Source of the DNA: an uncultured Collinsella sp.
GTDB lineage: Bacteria; Actinomycetota; Coriobacteriia; Coriobacteriales; Coriobacteriaceae
NCBI GenBank assembly: GCA_902474885.1
Contig: CABRXF010000003.1
Span: forward strand, 33,062 to 97,061
Direction: 5' to 3'
Length of the DNA stretch: 64,000 nt
In this document: in pieces, positions 39,354 through 48,911 of the stretch
Layout: every line of letters starts with the position of its first letter
Position numbering within the stretch: position 1 is the first letter of the stretch
The notes under the pieces: generated by a model
Database searches by the model: none
Seen by the model: only the letters and a program-made list of their open reading frames with translations
Told to the model about the DNA's origin: nothing
Position numbers and translations under genes: made by a program

Positions 39354-39420
39354 GCGTTGCTGCTTTGTGCCGTATAATGTCCACTACCTATGACGCGATA
39401 CAAAAGAAAGGTGTTTGCCC

Positions 39421-40734
39421 ATGCAGGCACAGAAGGCGGAGGGAACCCGCGACCTTATCGGCGCCGAGATGCGCGCCTGGCAAAAGATGCAGCAGATTGC
39501 TGCCGGCGTATTCGAGCCGTTTGGCTTTAAGCCCATCGAAACGCCCGCGATCGAGCAGGTGGACGTCTTTGTCCACGGCATCGGCCAGTCGACCGACGTC
39601 GTTCGCAAGGAGATGTTCCGCGTCTTTAGCGGCGCCAACCTGGAGCGCGTCTTTACCGAGGGCACCGACACCAAGCTCAAGCCCAAGCAGCGCCTGGCAC
39701 TTCGCCCCGAGGGCACGGCCGGTGTGGTGCGCGCCGTCGTGGAGAACAATCTGGTGCCCCAGGGCTCCACGCCGTTTAAGGCGTACTACGCCGAGGCCAT
39801 GTTCCGCGGCGAGCGTCCCCAGAAGGGCCGCCTGCGCCAGTTCCACCAGGTGGGCATCGAGTGGCTCGGTGCTCCCGATCCGGCGGCAGACGCCGAGTGC
39901 ATCATCATGCTCATGGAGTTCTACAAGCGCCTGGGCTTCGACCTTTCCAAGCTCCGTCTGCTCATCAACTCGATGGGTGACGCCCAGTGCCGTCCGGCTT
40001 ACCGCGAGCAGGTCAAGCAGTTTATCCTCGATCACGCCGACGAGATGTGCGACGAGTGCCGCGAGCGCGCCGAGCTCAACCCGCTGCGTGCCTTCGACTG
40101 CAAGAACGACCACTGCCGCGAGATCATGGCCGACGCGCCGCTGATGGGCGACAACCTGTGCGACGAGTGCCGCGAGCACTACGAGCAGGTCAAGCGCTAT
40201 CTGGATGCCGCCGGTATCGAGTATGTCGAGGATCCCACCTTGGTGCGCGGCCTGGACTACTACACCCGTACTGTCTTTGAGGTCGAGGCCCCTGGCGCCG
40301 GCGTCGGCTCCATCGGCGGCGGCGGCCGCTACGATGGCCTGGTCGAGCTCGAGGGTGGCAAGCCCACGGCGGGCGTCGGCTTTGCTGTCGGTTTTGAGCG
40401 CGCCCTGCTGGCCCTGCAGGCCTTTGGCAGCGATTTGGGTGCCGATGAGGCCCCGTGCGTCTATGTCGCCAACGCCGGCAAGGAGCTGCGTCAGAACGTC
40501 TTTGCCATTACGCAGGAGCTTCGCGCCGCAGGGATTGTGACCGAGGCCGACTATCAGGGTCGTTCGCTCAAGGCCCAGTTTAAGCAAGCCGATAAGGTAG
40601 GCGCCAAGCTCATCTTGGTCCTGGGTGGCGACGAGCTTGCCGCCGGCAAGGTCAAAGTGCGCGACATGCAGAGCCATGACGAGGTGCTCGCCGATCTGGA
40701 CAACGTCGTCGAGGCGGTTCGCGAGCGCCTGTAG
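39421..40734 (+). CDS. hisS: Histidine--tRNA ligase
   Basis: GTRDLIG..., ...RPEGTAGVVRAV, ...FRGERPQKGRLRQFHQ (motif 2), ...GGGRYDGL (motif 3). ATG at 39421 preferred over the track's TTG at 39415. A TATAAT box lies at 39373. Confidence 0.9.
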   Translation: MQAQKAEGTRDLIGAEMRAWQKMQQIAAGVFEPFGFKPIETPAIEQVDVFVHGIGQSTDVVRKEMFRVFSGANLERVFTEGTDTKLKPKQRLALRPEGTAGVVRAVVENNLVPQGSTPFKAYYAEAMFRGERPQKGRLRQFHQVGIEWLGAPDPAADAECIIMLMEFYKRLGFDLSKLRLLINSMGDAQCRPAYREQVKQFILDHADEMCDECRERAELNPLRAFDCKNDHCREIMADAPLMGDNLCDECREHYEQVKRYLDAAGIEYVEDPTLVRGLDYYTRTVFEVEAPGAGVGSIGGGGRYDGLVELEGGKPTAGVGFAVGFERALLALQAFGSDLGADEAPCVYVANAGKELRQNVFAITQELRAAGIVTEADYQGRSLKAQFKQADKVGAKLILVLGGDELAAGKVKVRDMQSHDEVLADLDNVVEAVRERL

Positions 40735-40979
40735 CGCATCTTTTTGAGCTTCGGGCCTGCTAACGTGCCCTGCTCATGGAGAGCGATTGTTACGGGGGTG
40801 TTTCGCTTTTATGCGGAATGCCCCCGTTTACGTATGCCGCCCACCGAGAAATACGACCATTTAGGGCAAAAACCTTTGCAATGCAGAAAATACTTTTGTG
40901 TGGTAAAGCGCAATCAGTGTCGAAAGTATTTCTCAAGCGCCTATAATGAATACCGCATGTTACGTGCATAGAAGGAGGA

Positions 40980-43805
40980 ATGGGAGGAAACGTGGCTGAG
41001 AACCTAAGCAACCAGTCTGTACCCGAAGCCGCGGCGCGTGTCGCTGCCGTGGTCAACCGCCTCGTTAACCGAATCGGCTCGAATGCCGAGTCCAGGGAGC
41101 GTCTCGCCGAGATCGAGATCCCCGAGGAGCTGCGCGACAATCTGGCGCTGTTCTTGCGCCTGGAGCGCCGTGTGCTTAGCGAGTATGATCCCGAGATCGC
41201 GGACCTGTTCGACAAGATTTTGACAGCCGAGATTGTGGTCAATGCCGGCAACCCCGGTACCTGCGCTGCCGACGAAGCCGTCGACGAGCAGGGCGTGCCC
41301 ACCGCCGACGAGCCCACTGCCGTGGCATTTCGTGAGGTCGTCGATTTGATCGACAGCCTGCCGCTCGATAAGCAGCAGGTCATCGTTCGCGCCTTTACGA
41401 GCTTTTTCCATCTGGCAAACCTGTCGGAGGAGAACTACCGTGTGGCGCAGCTGCGCGAGCGCGAGGCCGGTGCGTCGACCGATACCGAGGTCGATCCTGC
41501 CAACGAGCTTACCGTTGCCTATCACCAGCTGGTGAATGAGCTGGGTGTCGAGGGTGCCAACGAGCTGCTCGACAAGCTCGAGTTCCACCCTGTCTTTACC
41601 GCACATCCCACCGAGGCCCGTCGTAAGGCCGTCGAGGGCAAGATCCGCCGTATCTCCAACCTGCTGGAGGAGCGTCCGCGTCTGGGCGGCTCCGACCTGG
41701 TGGAGAACGAGCGCCATATGCTGCAGGAGATCGACGCCCTGGTGCGTACGAGTCCCATCGCGCTCAAGAAGCCCACGCCGGTCGAGGAAGCCGATACCAT
41801 CATCGACATCTTCGATAACACGCTGTTCGACGTTATCCCCGTTATCTATCGTCGTTTTGACGATTGGGTGCTGGGCGACAAGGCCGGTACTGTGCCGCCG
41901 CTGTGCCCGGCGTTCTTCCATCCCGGCAGCTGGATCGGTTCCGACCGCGACGGTAACCCCAACGTCACCGCCAAGGTGAGCCGTGAGGTCGCCGCCAAGT
42001 ACTTTACGCACATGGTGCTCAAGCTCGAGGACAAGTGCCGCCACATCGGCCGCAACCTCACGCTCGAGGCTACCTACAGCAAGCCGTCGGCCGAGCTCAT
42101 TAACCTGTGGAACCATCAGGTCGAGATGAGCCCTCGTTACACGGCCCGCGCCGAGCTGATCTCCGAGCACGAGCCGCATCGCGCCGTCATGCTCGTCATG
42201 GCCGACCGCCTGAACGCCACCGTCCGTCGTATCACCGACACCATGTACCACAGCGCCGACGAGTTCCTGGATGACCTGCGCGTCGTCCAGCGTTCGCTGG
42301 CCGCCTGCGGTGCCGTCCGTGCTGCCTACGGCCCGGTCCAAACCATCATCTGGCAGGTCGAGTCCTTCGGCTTCCATATGGTCGAGATGGAGTTCCGTCA
42401 GCACTCCGTGGTGCATGCCCGCGCCCTTAAGGATATCCACGAGAACGGTATCCATGGCGACCTGCAGCCCATGACGCGCGAGGTCATCGATACCTTCCGC
42501 GCTATCGGCTCCATCCAAAAGCGCTACGGCAAGAAGATGGCGCACCGCTACATCATCTCGTTTACCAAGAGCGCTCAGCATGTGGCCGACGTCTTTGAGC
42601 TGGCGCACCTGTCCTTTGCACACGAGGAGGATGTCCCCGAGCTCGACGTGATCCCGTTGTTCGAGCAGCTCGAGGACCTCGAGGGCTGCGTCGACGTGCT
42701 CGATCAGATGCTTACGCTGCCCGTGGTGCAAAAGCGCCTTGCCCAGACCAACCGCCGCATGGAGGTCATGCTGGGCTATTCCGACTCTTCCAAGGATGCC
42801 GGTCCTACCACGGCCATGCTCGCGCTGCACTCCGCGCAGGAGCGCATCGCCAAGTGGGCAGAGAAGAACGATATCGACCTGGTGCTCATGCACGGTCGCG
42901 GCGGTGCCGTGGGCCGTGGCGGCGGCCCGGCCAACAAGGCCGTGCTGGCGCAGCCCAAGGGTTCGGTCAACTGCTTCTTTAAGCTTACCGAGCAGGGCGA
43001 AGTCATCTTTGCCCGTTACGGCAACCGCACGCTGGCTCAGCGCCATGTTGAGTCCGTTGCCGCCGCAACGCTTTTGCAGTCGGCCCCGAGTGTCGAGAAG
43101 ACCAACACCGAGACCACGCAGAAGTTCTGGGATATGGCCGAGAAGCTCAACACTGCAAGCCACGAACGCTATCTGGACCTGCTGAACACCGAGGACTTTA
43201 CACCGTGGTTCTCGACCGTGACGCCGCTGACCGAGGTCGGTCTGCTGCCGATCGGCTCGCGTCCCGCCAAGCGCGGTCTGGGCGCCAAGTCGCTCGATGA
43301 CCTGCGTACCATCCCGTGGATCTTCAGCTGGAGCCAGGCGCGCATTAACCTGGCCGCTTGGTACGGTCTGGGCACCGCCTGCGAGCAGCTTGGCGATCTT
43401 GACCAGCTCAAGGCTGCCTACCAGGAGTGGCCGTTCTTCCGCACCTTTATCGACAACATCGAGATGTCGATCGCCAAGACCGACCAGCGCATCGCCAAGA
43501 TGTATCTGCATCTGGGCGACCGCGATGATCTGTCCAAGAAGGTCTTTACCGAGATGCAGCTCACCCGTAAGTGGGTCCTTGCCATCGTCGGTGATGAGTG
43601 GCCGCTGCAGCGTCGTCGCGTGCTCGGCTGCGCCGTTCGCGTGCGTAATCCCTACGTCGACGCCCTGTCCATCGCCCAGGTCCGCGCCCTTCGCGAGGTG
43701 CGTATGAACCAGGACGAGATGGCCGAGGAGAAGAAGGCCGAGTACATGAGCCTGATTCTTTCGACTGTGACCGGCGTCTCGGCAGGATTGCAGAACACGG
43801 GGTAA
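40980..43805 (+). CDS. ppc: Phosphoenolpyruvate carboxylase
   Basis: VFTAHPTEARRK, MHGRGGAVGRGGGP, and the C-terminal ...LQNTG. Confidence 0.9.
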   Translation: MGGNVAENLSNQSVPEAAARVAAVVNRLVNRIGSNAESRERLAEIEIPEELRDNLALFLRLERRVLSEYDPEIADLFDKILTAEIVVNAGNPGTCAADEAVDEQGVPTADEPTAVAFREVVDLIDSLPLDKQQVIVRAFTSFFHLANLSEENYRVAQLREREAGASTDTEVDPANELTVAYHQLVNELGVEGANELLDKLEFHPVFTAHPTEARRKAVEGKIRRISNLLEERPRLGGSDLVENERHMLQEIDALVRTSPIALKKPTPVEEADTIIDIFDNTLFDVIPVIYRRFDDWVLGDKAGTVPPLCPAFFHPGSWIGSDRDGNPNVTAKVSREVAAKYFTHMVLKLEDKCRHIGRNLTLEATYSKPSAELINLWNHQVEMSPRYTARAELISEHEPHRAVMLVMADRLNATVRRITDTMYHSADEFLDDLRVVQRSLAACGAVRAAYGPVQTIIWQVESFGFHMVEMEFRQHSVVHARALKDIHENGIHGDLQPMTREVIDTFRAIGSIQKRYGKKMAHRYIISFTKSAQHVADVFELAHLSFAHEEDVPELDVIPLFEQLEDLEGCVDVLDQMLTLPVVQKRLAQTNRRMEVMLGYSDSSKDAGPTTAMLALHSAQERIAKWAEKNDIDLVLMHGRGGAVGRGGGPANKAVLAQPKGSVNCFFKLTEQGEVIFARYGNRTLAQRHVESVAAATLLQSAPSVEKTNTETTQKFWDMAEKLNTASHERYLDLLNTEDFTPWFSTVTPLTEVGLLPIGSRPAKRGLGAKSLDDLRTIPWIFSWSQARINLAAWYGLGTACEQLGDLDQLKAAYQEWPFFRTFIDNIEMSIAKTDQRIAKMYLHLGDRDDLSKKVFTEMQLTRKWVLAIVGDEWPLQRRRVLGCAVRVRNPYVDALSIAQVRALREVRMNQDEMAEEKKAEYMSLILSTVTGVSAGLQNTG

Positions 43806-43832
43806 TCGATAGCCCTGTGGCTCTCACCGGGA

Positions 43833-43951
43833 CCCGATGGGTTTCCCTCTGAATGCGTCCTCGCACTTGAAGCCCCCTTATCCTGCTCCTTCGGAGCTGT
43901 GGATAGGGGGGCTTCGTGCTGCGGAATGCATTCAGAGGGAAACCCATCGGG
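43833..43951. repeat. A 119-bp nested palindromic element. The outer stem is a perfect 24-bp repeat, the inner stem is ~14 bp, and the apical loop is GCTCC-TTCG-GAGC.
   Basis: cccgatgggtttccctctgaatgc...gaagcccccttatcc..gctccTTCGgagc..ggataggggggcttc...gcattcagagggaaacccatcggg. Confidence 0.75.
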
Positions 43952-44179
43952 CCCCTTCGTCCTCGGTCTTCTGGGATTAAAGCTGAGGAGAAGAATGGCG
44001 CGCTTCTCGCCTTACGACTGTAGCGGCCGCGGTCCCGTTTGGGATCGCGGCCGTTTTGTTGTGGGTCAAATATGAACGTTATGTTAACGACTCGGTGGAC
44101 GGTGGCGTTTTTCGGTGAGCGGCGTATCCTTCCAACGGTTTATCTAGTGTGTCAGTTGAAAGGAAGAGGGCGCTCGTCA

Positions 44180-45457
44180 TTGTTTGAATGTGAACTGCCG
44201 TTTGACCACAAGACGTTGCATCTGGAGCTCGAGGATAAGAACTTTGCAGGTGTGATGGAAGGTCATCAAAACGAGTTTAAGACCACGAAATCGCAGGAAG
44301 AGCTGGTGGAGGAGTCACTTGCCAACCCTTACGGCTCGCCTTCGCTCGAGGAGCTCTGTGCTGGCAAGAAGGATATCGTCATCATTAGCTCCGACCATAC
44401 GCGTCCCGTTCCTTCGCGTGTGACGATGCCTATTCTGCTGCATCACATCCATTCTGCTGCGCCTGAAGCGCGCGTTCGCATTCTGGTTGCTACGGGTATG
44501 CATCGTCCGTCGACGCACGAGGAGCTCGTCAACAAGTACGGCGAGGAGATCGTTGCCAACGAGGAAATCGTTATGCACGTCGCGACTGACGACAGCATGA
44601 TGAAAAAGATCGGCACCCTGCCTTCTGGTGGCGAGTGCATCATCAATAAGATTGCCGTCGATTGCGATCTGCTGCTTGCCGAGGGCTTTATTGAGCCGCA
44701 CTTCTTTGCTGGTTTCTCCGGCAGCCGCAAGTCCGTCCTGCCTGGCATCGCCAGCTACAAGACCATCATGTACAACCACAACGGCCAGTTTGTGAACGAT
44801 TCCCATTCGCGTGCCGGCAACCTGTGCCATAACCACGTGAGCGAGGACATGTTTGCCGCTGCCGAGATGGCTCACCTTGCCTTTGTGCTGAACGTGGTGC
44901 TCAACGGCAAGCACGAGGTCATTGGCTCCTTCGCCGGCGACATCCACAAGGCACACGAGGCTGGCTGCGAGTTCGTAAAGAGCCTTGCCGGCGTTGAGCC
45001 CGTCGAGTGCGAGATTGCCATCACCACCAACGGCGGCTACCCGCTCGACCAGAACATCTACCAGGCCGTGAAGGGCATGTGCTCTGCCGAGGCCACGCTT
45101 CCCGAGGGCGGTGTGATCATCGACGTCGCCGGTTGTGCCGACGGTCACGGCGGCGAGGGCTTCTATCACAACATCGCCGACAACGATCCGGCAGAGTTTG
45201 AGCGCGCCTGCATCGACCGTCCTAAGGACGAGACCCTGCCCGACCAGTGGACGAGCCAGATCTTTGCCCGCATCCTGGCGCATCACCCCGTGATCATGGT
45301 CACCGACCTGTGCGATCACCAGATGATTAAGGATATGCACATGACGCCGGTCAACACCCTCGAGGAGGCGCTCAAGCTCGCCTTTGAGATGAAGGGTGCC
45401 GATGCCAAGGTGGCCGTCATTCCCGATGGCCTGGGCGTTGTTGTCGCTCAGCACTAG
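44180..45457 (+). CDS. larA: Lactate racemase (nickel-pincer cofactor dependent, DUF2088 family)
   Basis: IVIISSDHTRPVPS, ...FIEPHFFAGFSGSRK, ...ITTNGGYPLDQN. Start placed at TTG 44180, after an AAGGAAGAGGG ribosome-binding site, by alignment to the LarA N-terminus. The ORF track opens earlier at 44039. Confidence 0.75.
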   Translation: MFECELPFDHKTLHLELEDKNFAGVMEGHQNEFKTTKSQEELVEESLANPYGSPSLEELCAGKKDIVIISSDHTRPVPSRVTMPILLHHIHSAAPEARVRILVATGMHRPSTHEELVNKYGEEIVANEEIVMHVATDDSMMKKIGTLPSGGECIINKIAVDCDLLLAEGFIEPHFFAGFSGSRKSVLPGIASYKTIMYNHNGQFVNDSHSRAGNLCHNHVSEDMFAAAEMAHLAFVLNVVLNGKHEVIGSFAGDIHKAHEAGCEFVKSLAGVEPVECEIAITTNGGYPLDQNIYQAVKGMCSAEATLPEGGVIIDVAGCADGHGGEGFYHNIADNDPAEFERACIDRPKDETLPDQWTSQIFARILAHHPVIMVTDLCDHQMIKDMHMTPVNTLEEALKLAFEMKGADAKVAVIPDGLGVVVAQH

Positions 45458-45506
45458 CGCGCGGCCTAAACGAATCGTTTATAACTGACAAGAAAGATAA
45501 GGTTTT

Positions 45507-46238
45507 ATGCTTACCAAACTCCTCTGCGAATTCGGCGCAACGGCCCTCATGATCATCTTTGGCGTGGGCGTGCACTGCGATACCGTGCTTAAGGGCACCA
45601 AGTATCAGGGCTCCGGCCACATGTTTGCCATCACCACTTGGTCTTTTGGCATCTCGGTCTGCCTGTTTGTCTTTGGCGGCGCCGTGTGCATGAACCCGGC
45701 TATGGTGCTTGCCCAGTGCATCGTAGGCCTGGTGCCGTGGAGCAGCTGCATCCCCTTCATGATTGCCGATATGCTCGGCGGCTTTGTGGGCGCCGTAATC
45801 GCTTGGCTTATGTATGCCGATGAGTTCAAGGCTTCCGAGGGTGTCGTCGACCCCATTGCCCAGCGCAACATCTTCTCGACCAACCCCACCACCGAGGGCA
45901 CGAACTATGTTCGCAACTTCTTCTGCGAGGCTATCTGCACCTTCGTGTTCATTAGCGCCATCCTTGCTGCCGCTAGCCGCGCCGGTGAGAACGTTTTGAT
46001 GCTCGCCATCTGCGTCGGTCTGATCGTTTGGGCCGTTGGCATGGGCATGGGCGGCATCACTGGCTTCGCCATGAACCAGGCTCGTGACCTTGGTCCTCGC
46101 ATGGCTTATCAGGTGCTGCCGATCAAGAACAAGGCTGACAACAACTGGAAGTACGGCCTGCTTGTTCCTGGCATTGCTCCGTTTGTTGGTGCCGCTCTGG
46201 CCGCGCTGTTTGTGCATGGTTTCTTGGGCATGTTCTAG
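45507..46238 (+). CDS. larD: MIP-family aquaglyceroporin (LarD-like lactate channel / GlpF-like)
   Basis: Six transmembrane helices. First NPA motif present (CMNPAMVLAQ). The second is NQA (AMNQARDLGPR). Lies next to larA, as in the Lactobacillus lar operon. Confidence 0.65.
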   Translation: MLTKLLCEFGATALMIIFGVGVHCDTVLKGTKYQGSGHMFAITTWSFGISVCLFVFGGAVCMNPAMVLAQCIVGLVPWSSCIPFMIADMLGGFVGAVIAWLMYADEFKASEGVVDPIAQRNIFSTNPTTEGTNYVRNFFCEAICTFVFISAILAAASRAGENVLMLAICVGLIVWAVGMGMGGITGFAMNQARDLGPRMAYQVLPIKNKADNNWKYGLLVPGIAPFVGAALAALFVHGFLGMF

Positions 46239-46260
46239 TCCAAAACAATTGATATAACGC

Positions 46261-46390
46261 CCGGGTCCGGCATAGGTTAACTTTCCGCCGCGTCCTCGGA
46301 CATGCAAGAAGCTCCCGCTGCGCACTTCGTGCGGCGGGAGCTTCTTGCGTCCTGCGGAGTGCGGCGGAAAGTTAACCTATGCCGGACCCT
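46261..46390. repeat. A 130-bp nested palindromic element, homologous to the one at 43833-43951. The outer stem is ~29 bp, the inner stem is 14 bp, and the apical loop is GCAC-TTCG-TGC.
   Basis: ccgggtccggcataggttaactttccgccgc...caagaagctcccgctgcgcacTTCGtgcggcgggagcttcttg...gcggcggaaagttaacctatgccggaccc. The internal gcgtcctcg and ctgcggaRtgc motifs are shared with the other element. Confidence 0.75.
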
Positions 46391-46544
46391 GCGGGAATTC
46401 AGTTGCGTTCGAACAAGCAACCAACATATATATCTGAATTTGGATGTGGTGGGCACTTTGTTGTTAGGCGCTTTGAGGTGCGAGTGACACTTTGGGATGC
46501 GTGGCGGCCTGGGTTGGGGCGATGCTTTGGGATGAGGGGTTTAC

Positions 46545-47084
46545 TTAGTTGAAGAGGGGTTTTATGGCTGAGAGGTAGTCTTTGGCTACGTCGGCTTTAT
46601 CTGCTTGGAAGTTGTGCCAGGCCCACCATTGGACCATTCCTACGAAGCTTGAGGCTATGTGGTGTAGCAGGAAGCTTCGGTCCATGGTGGCGGCGGGGCC
46701 GTTTGGGTCGGTGGGGACGGTTTCGGCTGCTCGTGACATGATGGTCTTGCGTAAGCAGTCGGCGAAGACGCGTGAGCCGGCGCCGGCTACGAGGGCTCGA
46801 ACGCCCTGGCGGCGCTCCCAGAGGTTGTTGAGGATATGTTCGACCTGCACGAGTGGGTCGTCGAGCGGTGTGCCATCGTCGTCGAGGGCGTGGGTGCAGA
46901 TGTCGCTTACGAGCTTGGACAGTAGGTCGTCTTTGCTCTTAAAGAGGCCGTAGAACGTGGCCCGACCCACATGGGCGCGCGCGATGATGTCGCCGACGGT
47001 GATCTTGCCGTAGTCCTCCTCGCGAAGGAGCTCGGAAAACGCCGTGACAATGGCGGCGCGGCTTTTGGTTTTGCGGGCATCCAT
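46545..47084 (-). CDS. TetR/AcrR family transcriptional regulator
   Basis: HTH ITVGDIIARAHVGRATFYGLFKSKDDLL. Its ATG lies 2 nt after the larC stop. Confidence 0.8.
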   Translation of the reverse strand: MDARKTKSRAAIVTAFSELLREEDYGKITVGDIIARAHVGRATFYGLFKSKDDLLSKLVSDICTHALDDDGTPLDDPLVQVEHILNNLWERRQGVRALVAGAGSRVFADCLRKTIMSRAAETVPTDPNGPAATMDRSFLLHHIASSFVGMVQWWAWHNFQADKADVAKDYLSAIKPLFN

Positions 47085-47086
47085 GG

Positions 47087-48004
47087 CTATGCGTCCACGT
47101 GAACAAGCAGGCAACGGAGCGTGCCGGAGCAGCCCTCGTAGGGGCGCTTACCGGCGCCGTAGCCGACGGCTTCGATGCGGTAGCGGGCCGGCAGTTGGTC
47201 GGACGTACGCAGCGCGGTGACGATGGCGGCGCCCGTGGGCGTCACGAGCTCGCCGGCGACCGGTGCGGGCGTGAGGGCGATATTGCCTGCCTGGCACAGA
47301 TTGACAACAGCGGGGACGGGAATGGGCATAAGGCCGTGGGCACAGTGGATGGTGCCGTGGCCCTCGGAGAGCGACTCGACGACAATCTCCTCGATGCCCA
47401 GGTCATCGAGACAGATGGCGACAGAGCAGACGTCGACGATGGAGTCGACGGCGCCCACCTCGTGGAACATGACGGTCTCGGGCGTTTTGCCGTGAGCCTT
47501 GGCCTCGGCGGCGGCGAGCGTGGTAAAGATGGCGAGGGCGCGACGCTTGGCGCCATCGCTTAGCTGCGAGCCGTCGATGATGGCGGTGACGTCCGCCAAA
47601 GAACGATGGTGATGGTGGTGGGCGTGATGGTGACCCTCGTGGCCATGGCCGTGGGTCTCATGGTCATGCTCGTGGCAGTGCTCGTGTTCGTGCTCGCCAT
47701 GGTCATGATGGTGGTGTTCATGCTCGTGCGTGTGCTCGACGGCTGCTTCGTTGCCGTAGAGCCAGGCCATATCGTGATCGTGGTTCTCGAGCTCCTCTGC
47801 AAGCTGGACGTCGAAATCGCAGGCGTCGATGCCATGCTTGTTTACGCGCGTGACGGCGATCGTAAAGCCGTCGACCGGCAGTGTGGCGAGCTGTTTGCGC
47901 AGGTGCTCCTCGCTGGCGCCCAGGTCGAGCAGGGCCGCGACGGTCATATCGCCGCTGATGCCCGAGGTGCCGTCGATGATAAGCGTGTGCTGATGGTTTG
48001 ACAT
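47087..48004 (-). CDS. larC: LarC-like nickel-insertion protein (DUF111). N-terminal LarC1 domain only, with a His-rich insert.
   Basis: LIIDGTSGISGDM N-terminal motif. A ~45-aa His-rich tract (HTHEHEHHHHDHGEHEHEHCHEHDHETHGHGHEGHHHAHHHHH). 305 aa against ~420 aa for full-length LarC. No LarC2-like C-terminal domain downstream. Confidence 0.7.
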   Translation of the reverse strand: MSNHQHTLIIDGTSGISGDMTVAALLDLGASEEHLRKQLATLPVDGFTIAVTRVNKHGIDACDFDVQLAEELENHDHDMAWLYGNEAAVEHTHEHEHHHHDHGEHEHEHCHEHDHETHGHGHEGHHHAHHHHHRSLADVTAIIDGSQLSDGAKRRALAIFTTLAAAEAKAHGKTPETVMFHEVGAVDSIVDVCSVAICLDDLGIEEIVVESLSEGHGTIHCAHGLMPIPVPAVVNLCQAGNIALTPAPVAGELVTPTGAAIVTALRTSDQLPARYRIEAVGYGAGKRPYEGCSGTLRCLLVHVDA

Positions 48005-48014
48005 GGAATGCTCC

Positions 48015-48797
48015 TTAACGGGCGCGGGATGTGCCGGCGCTCAGATGATTGATAAGACTTGCCTGGTAGGCGGCACCAAAGCCGTTGTCGATATTGACGA
48101 CCGAAACGCCGCTGGCACAGGAGTTGAGCATGGCGAGCAGTGCGGCCATGCCACCAAAACTTGCGCCGTAGCCCACGCTGGTGGGAACGGCGATGACCGG
48201 ACAGCTCACCAGACCGCCGATAACGCTTGCCAACGCGCCCTCCATGCCGGCGATGGCGATGACCACCTGTGCCTGGGCAAGTTCCTCAGCATGAGCGAGC
48301 AAGCGGTGTAGGCCGGCGACACCTACGTCGTAGAGGCGATCGACCTCGTTGCCGTAGAACTCGGCCGTCAGTGTCGCCTCTTCGGCGACGGGCAGGTCGC
48401 TCGTGCCGGCGCAGGCGACGACGATGCGTCCGTTGCCGGTAGGGGAGGGCTTGCCGCCCACCAGGGCGAGCTGGGCGTCCGGGGTATATCCCAGATCGAT
48501 GTCGTTGCCGAGAAGCTCAGCGGTGCGCGCGGCTTTTTCGGCATCCAAGCGTGTGACCAGGATGCGCTCCTGGCCTGCATCGAGTAATGCTTTGATGATG
48601 GCAGCAATTTGTTCGGCGGTTTTACCGGCACCGTAGACAACCTCGCCGGCTCCCTGGCGCACTCCGCGCGAAAGATCGAGCTGCGCAAAGCCCAAATCGG
48701 CGGTCGGAGCCGTCTGGATGCGCGTAAGGGCGACGGCCGGGGTGACTGATCCGCCGGCAACATCGCTCAGCAGCTGCTCAAGATCTCGCTTATCCAT
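48015..48797 (-). CDS. larB: LarB, pyridinium-3,5-biscarboxylic acid mononucleotide synthase (PurE-like)
   Basis: PurE-like C-terminal fold (VVIAIAGMEGALASVIGGLVSCPVIAVPTSVGYGASFGGMAALLAML) with the LarB-type N-terminal extension. GAAGGGAA ribosome-binding site before the ATG at 48797. Confidence 0.75.
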   Translation of the reverse strand: MDKRDLEQLLSDVAGGSVTPAVALTRIQTAPTADLGFAQLDLSRGVRQGAGEVVYGAGKTAEQIAAIIKALLDAGQERILVTRLDAEKAARTAELLGNDIDLGYTPDAQLALVGGKPSPTGNGRIVVACAGTSDLPVAEEATLTAEFYGNEVDRLYDVGVAGLHRLLAHAEELAQAQVVIAIAGMEGALASVIGGLVSCPVIAVPTSVGYGASFGGMAALLAMLNSCASGVSVVNIDNGFGAAYQASLINHLSAGTSRAR

Positions 48798-48911
48798 ATA
48801 TGTTCCCTTCGACGGCGCAAAGTCTAGCACTCAAAGGGTATGTTTCCGAACACTAAGACAAAATTGTTCGGAAACTATAGGACAGGCTGATTCAATTGTT
48901 AGACAGATCGG

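Noticed and set aside
40735-40979. A riboswitch or attenuator upstream of ppc (TATAAT at ~40941 and an imperfect inverted repeat GAAAATACTTTTG / CGAAAGTATTTCT)
   Set aside because: No recognisable riboswitch core. This is more likely an ordinary promoter with a modest operator-like inverted repeat, and the evidence is too weak to list as a feature.
47600-47760. The His-rich tract in LarC as a sequencing or low-complexity artefact, or a separate metal-binding peptide gene
   Set aside because: The tract is in-frame within a single ORF that has clear LarC N- and C-terminal flanks. His-rich inserts are a known feature of LarC nickel-insertion proteins.
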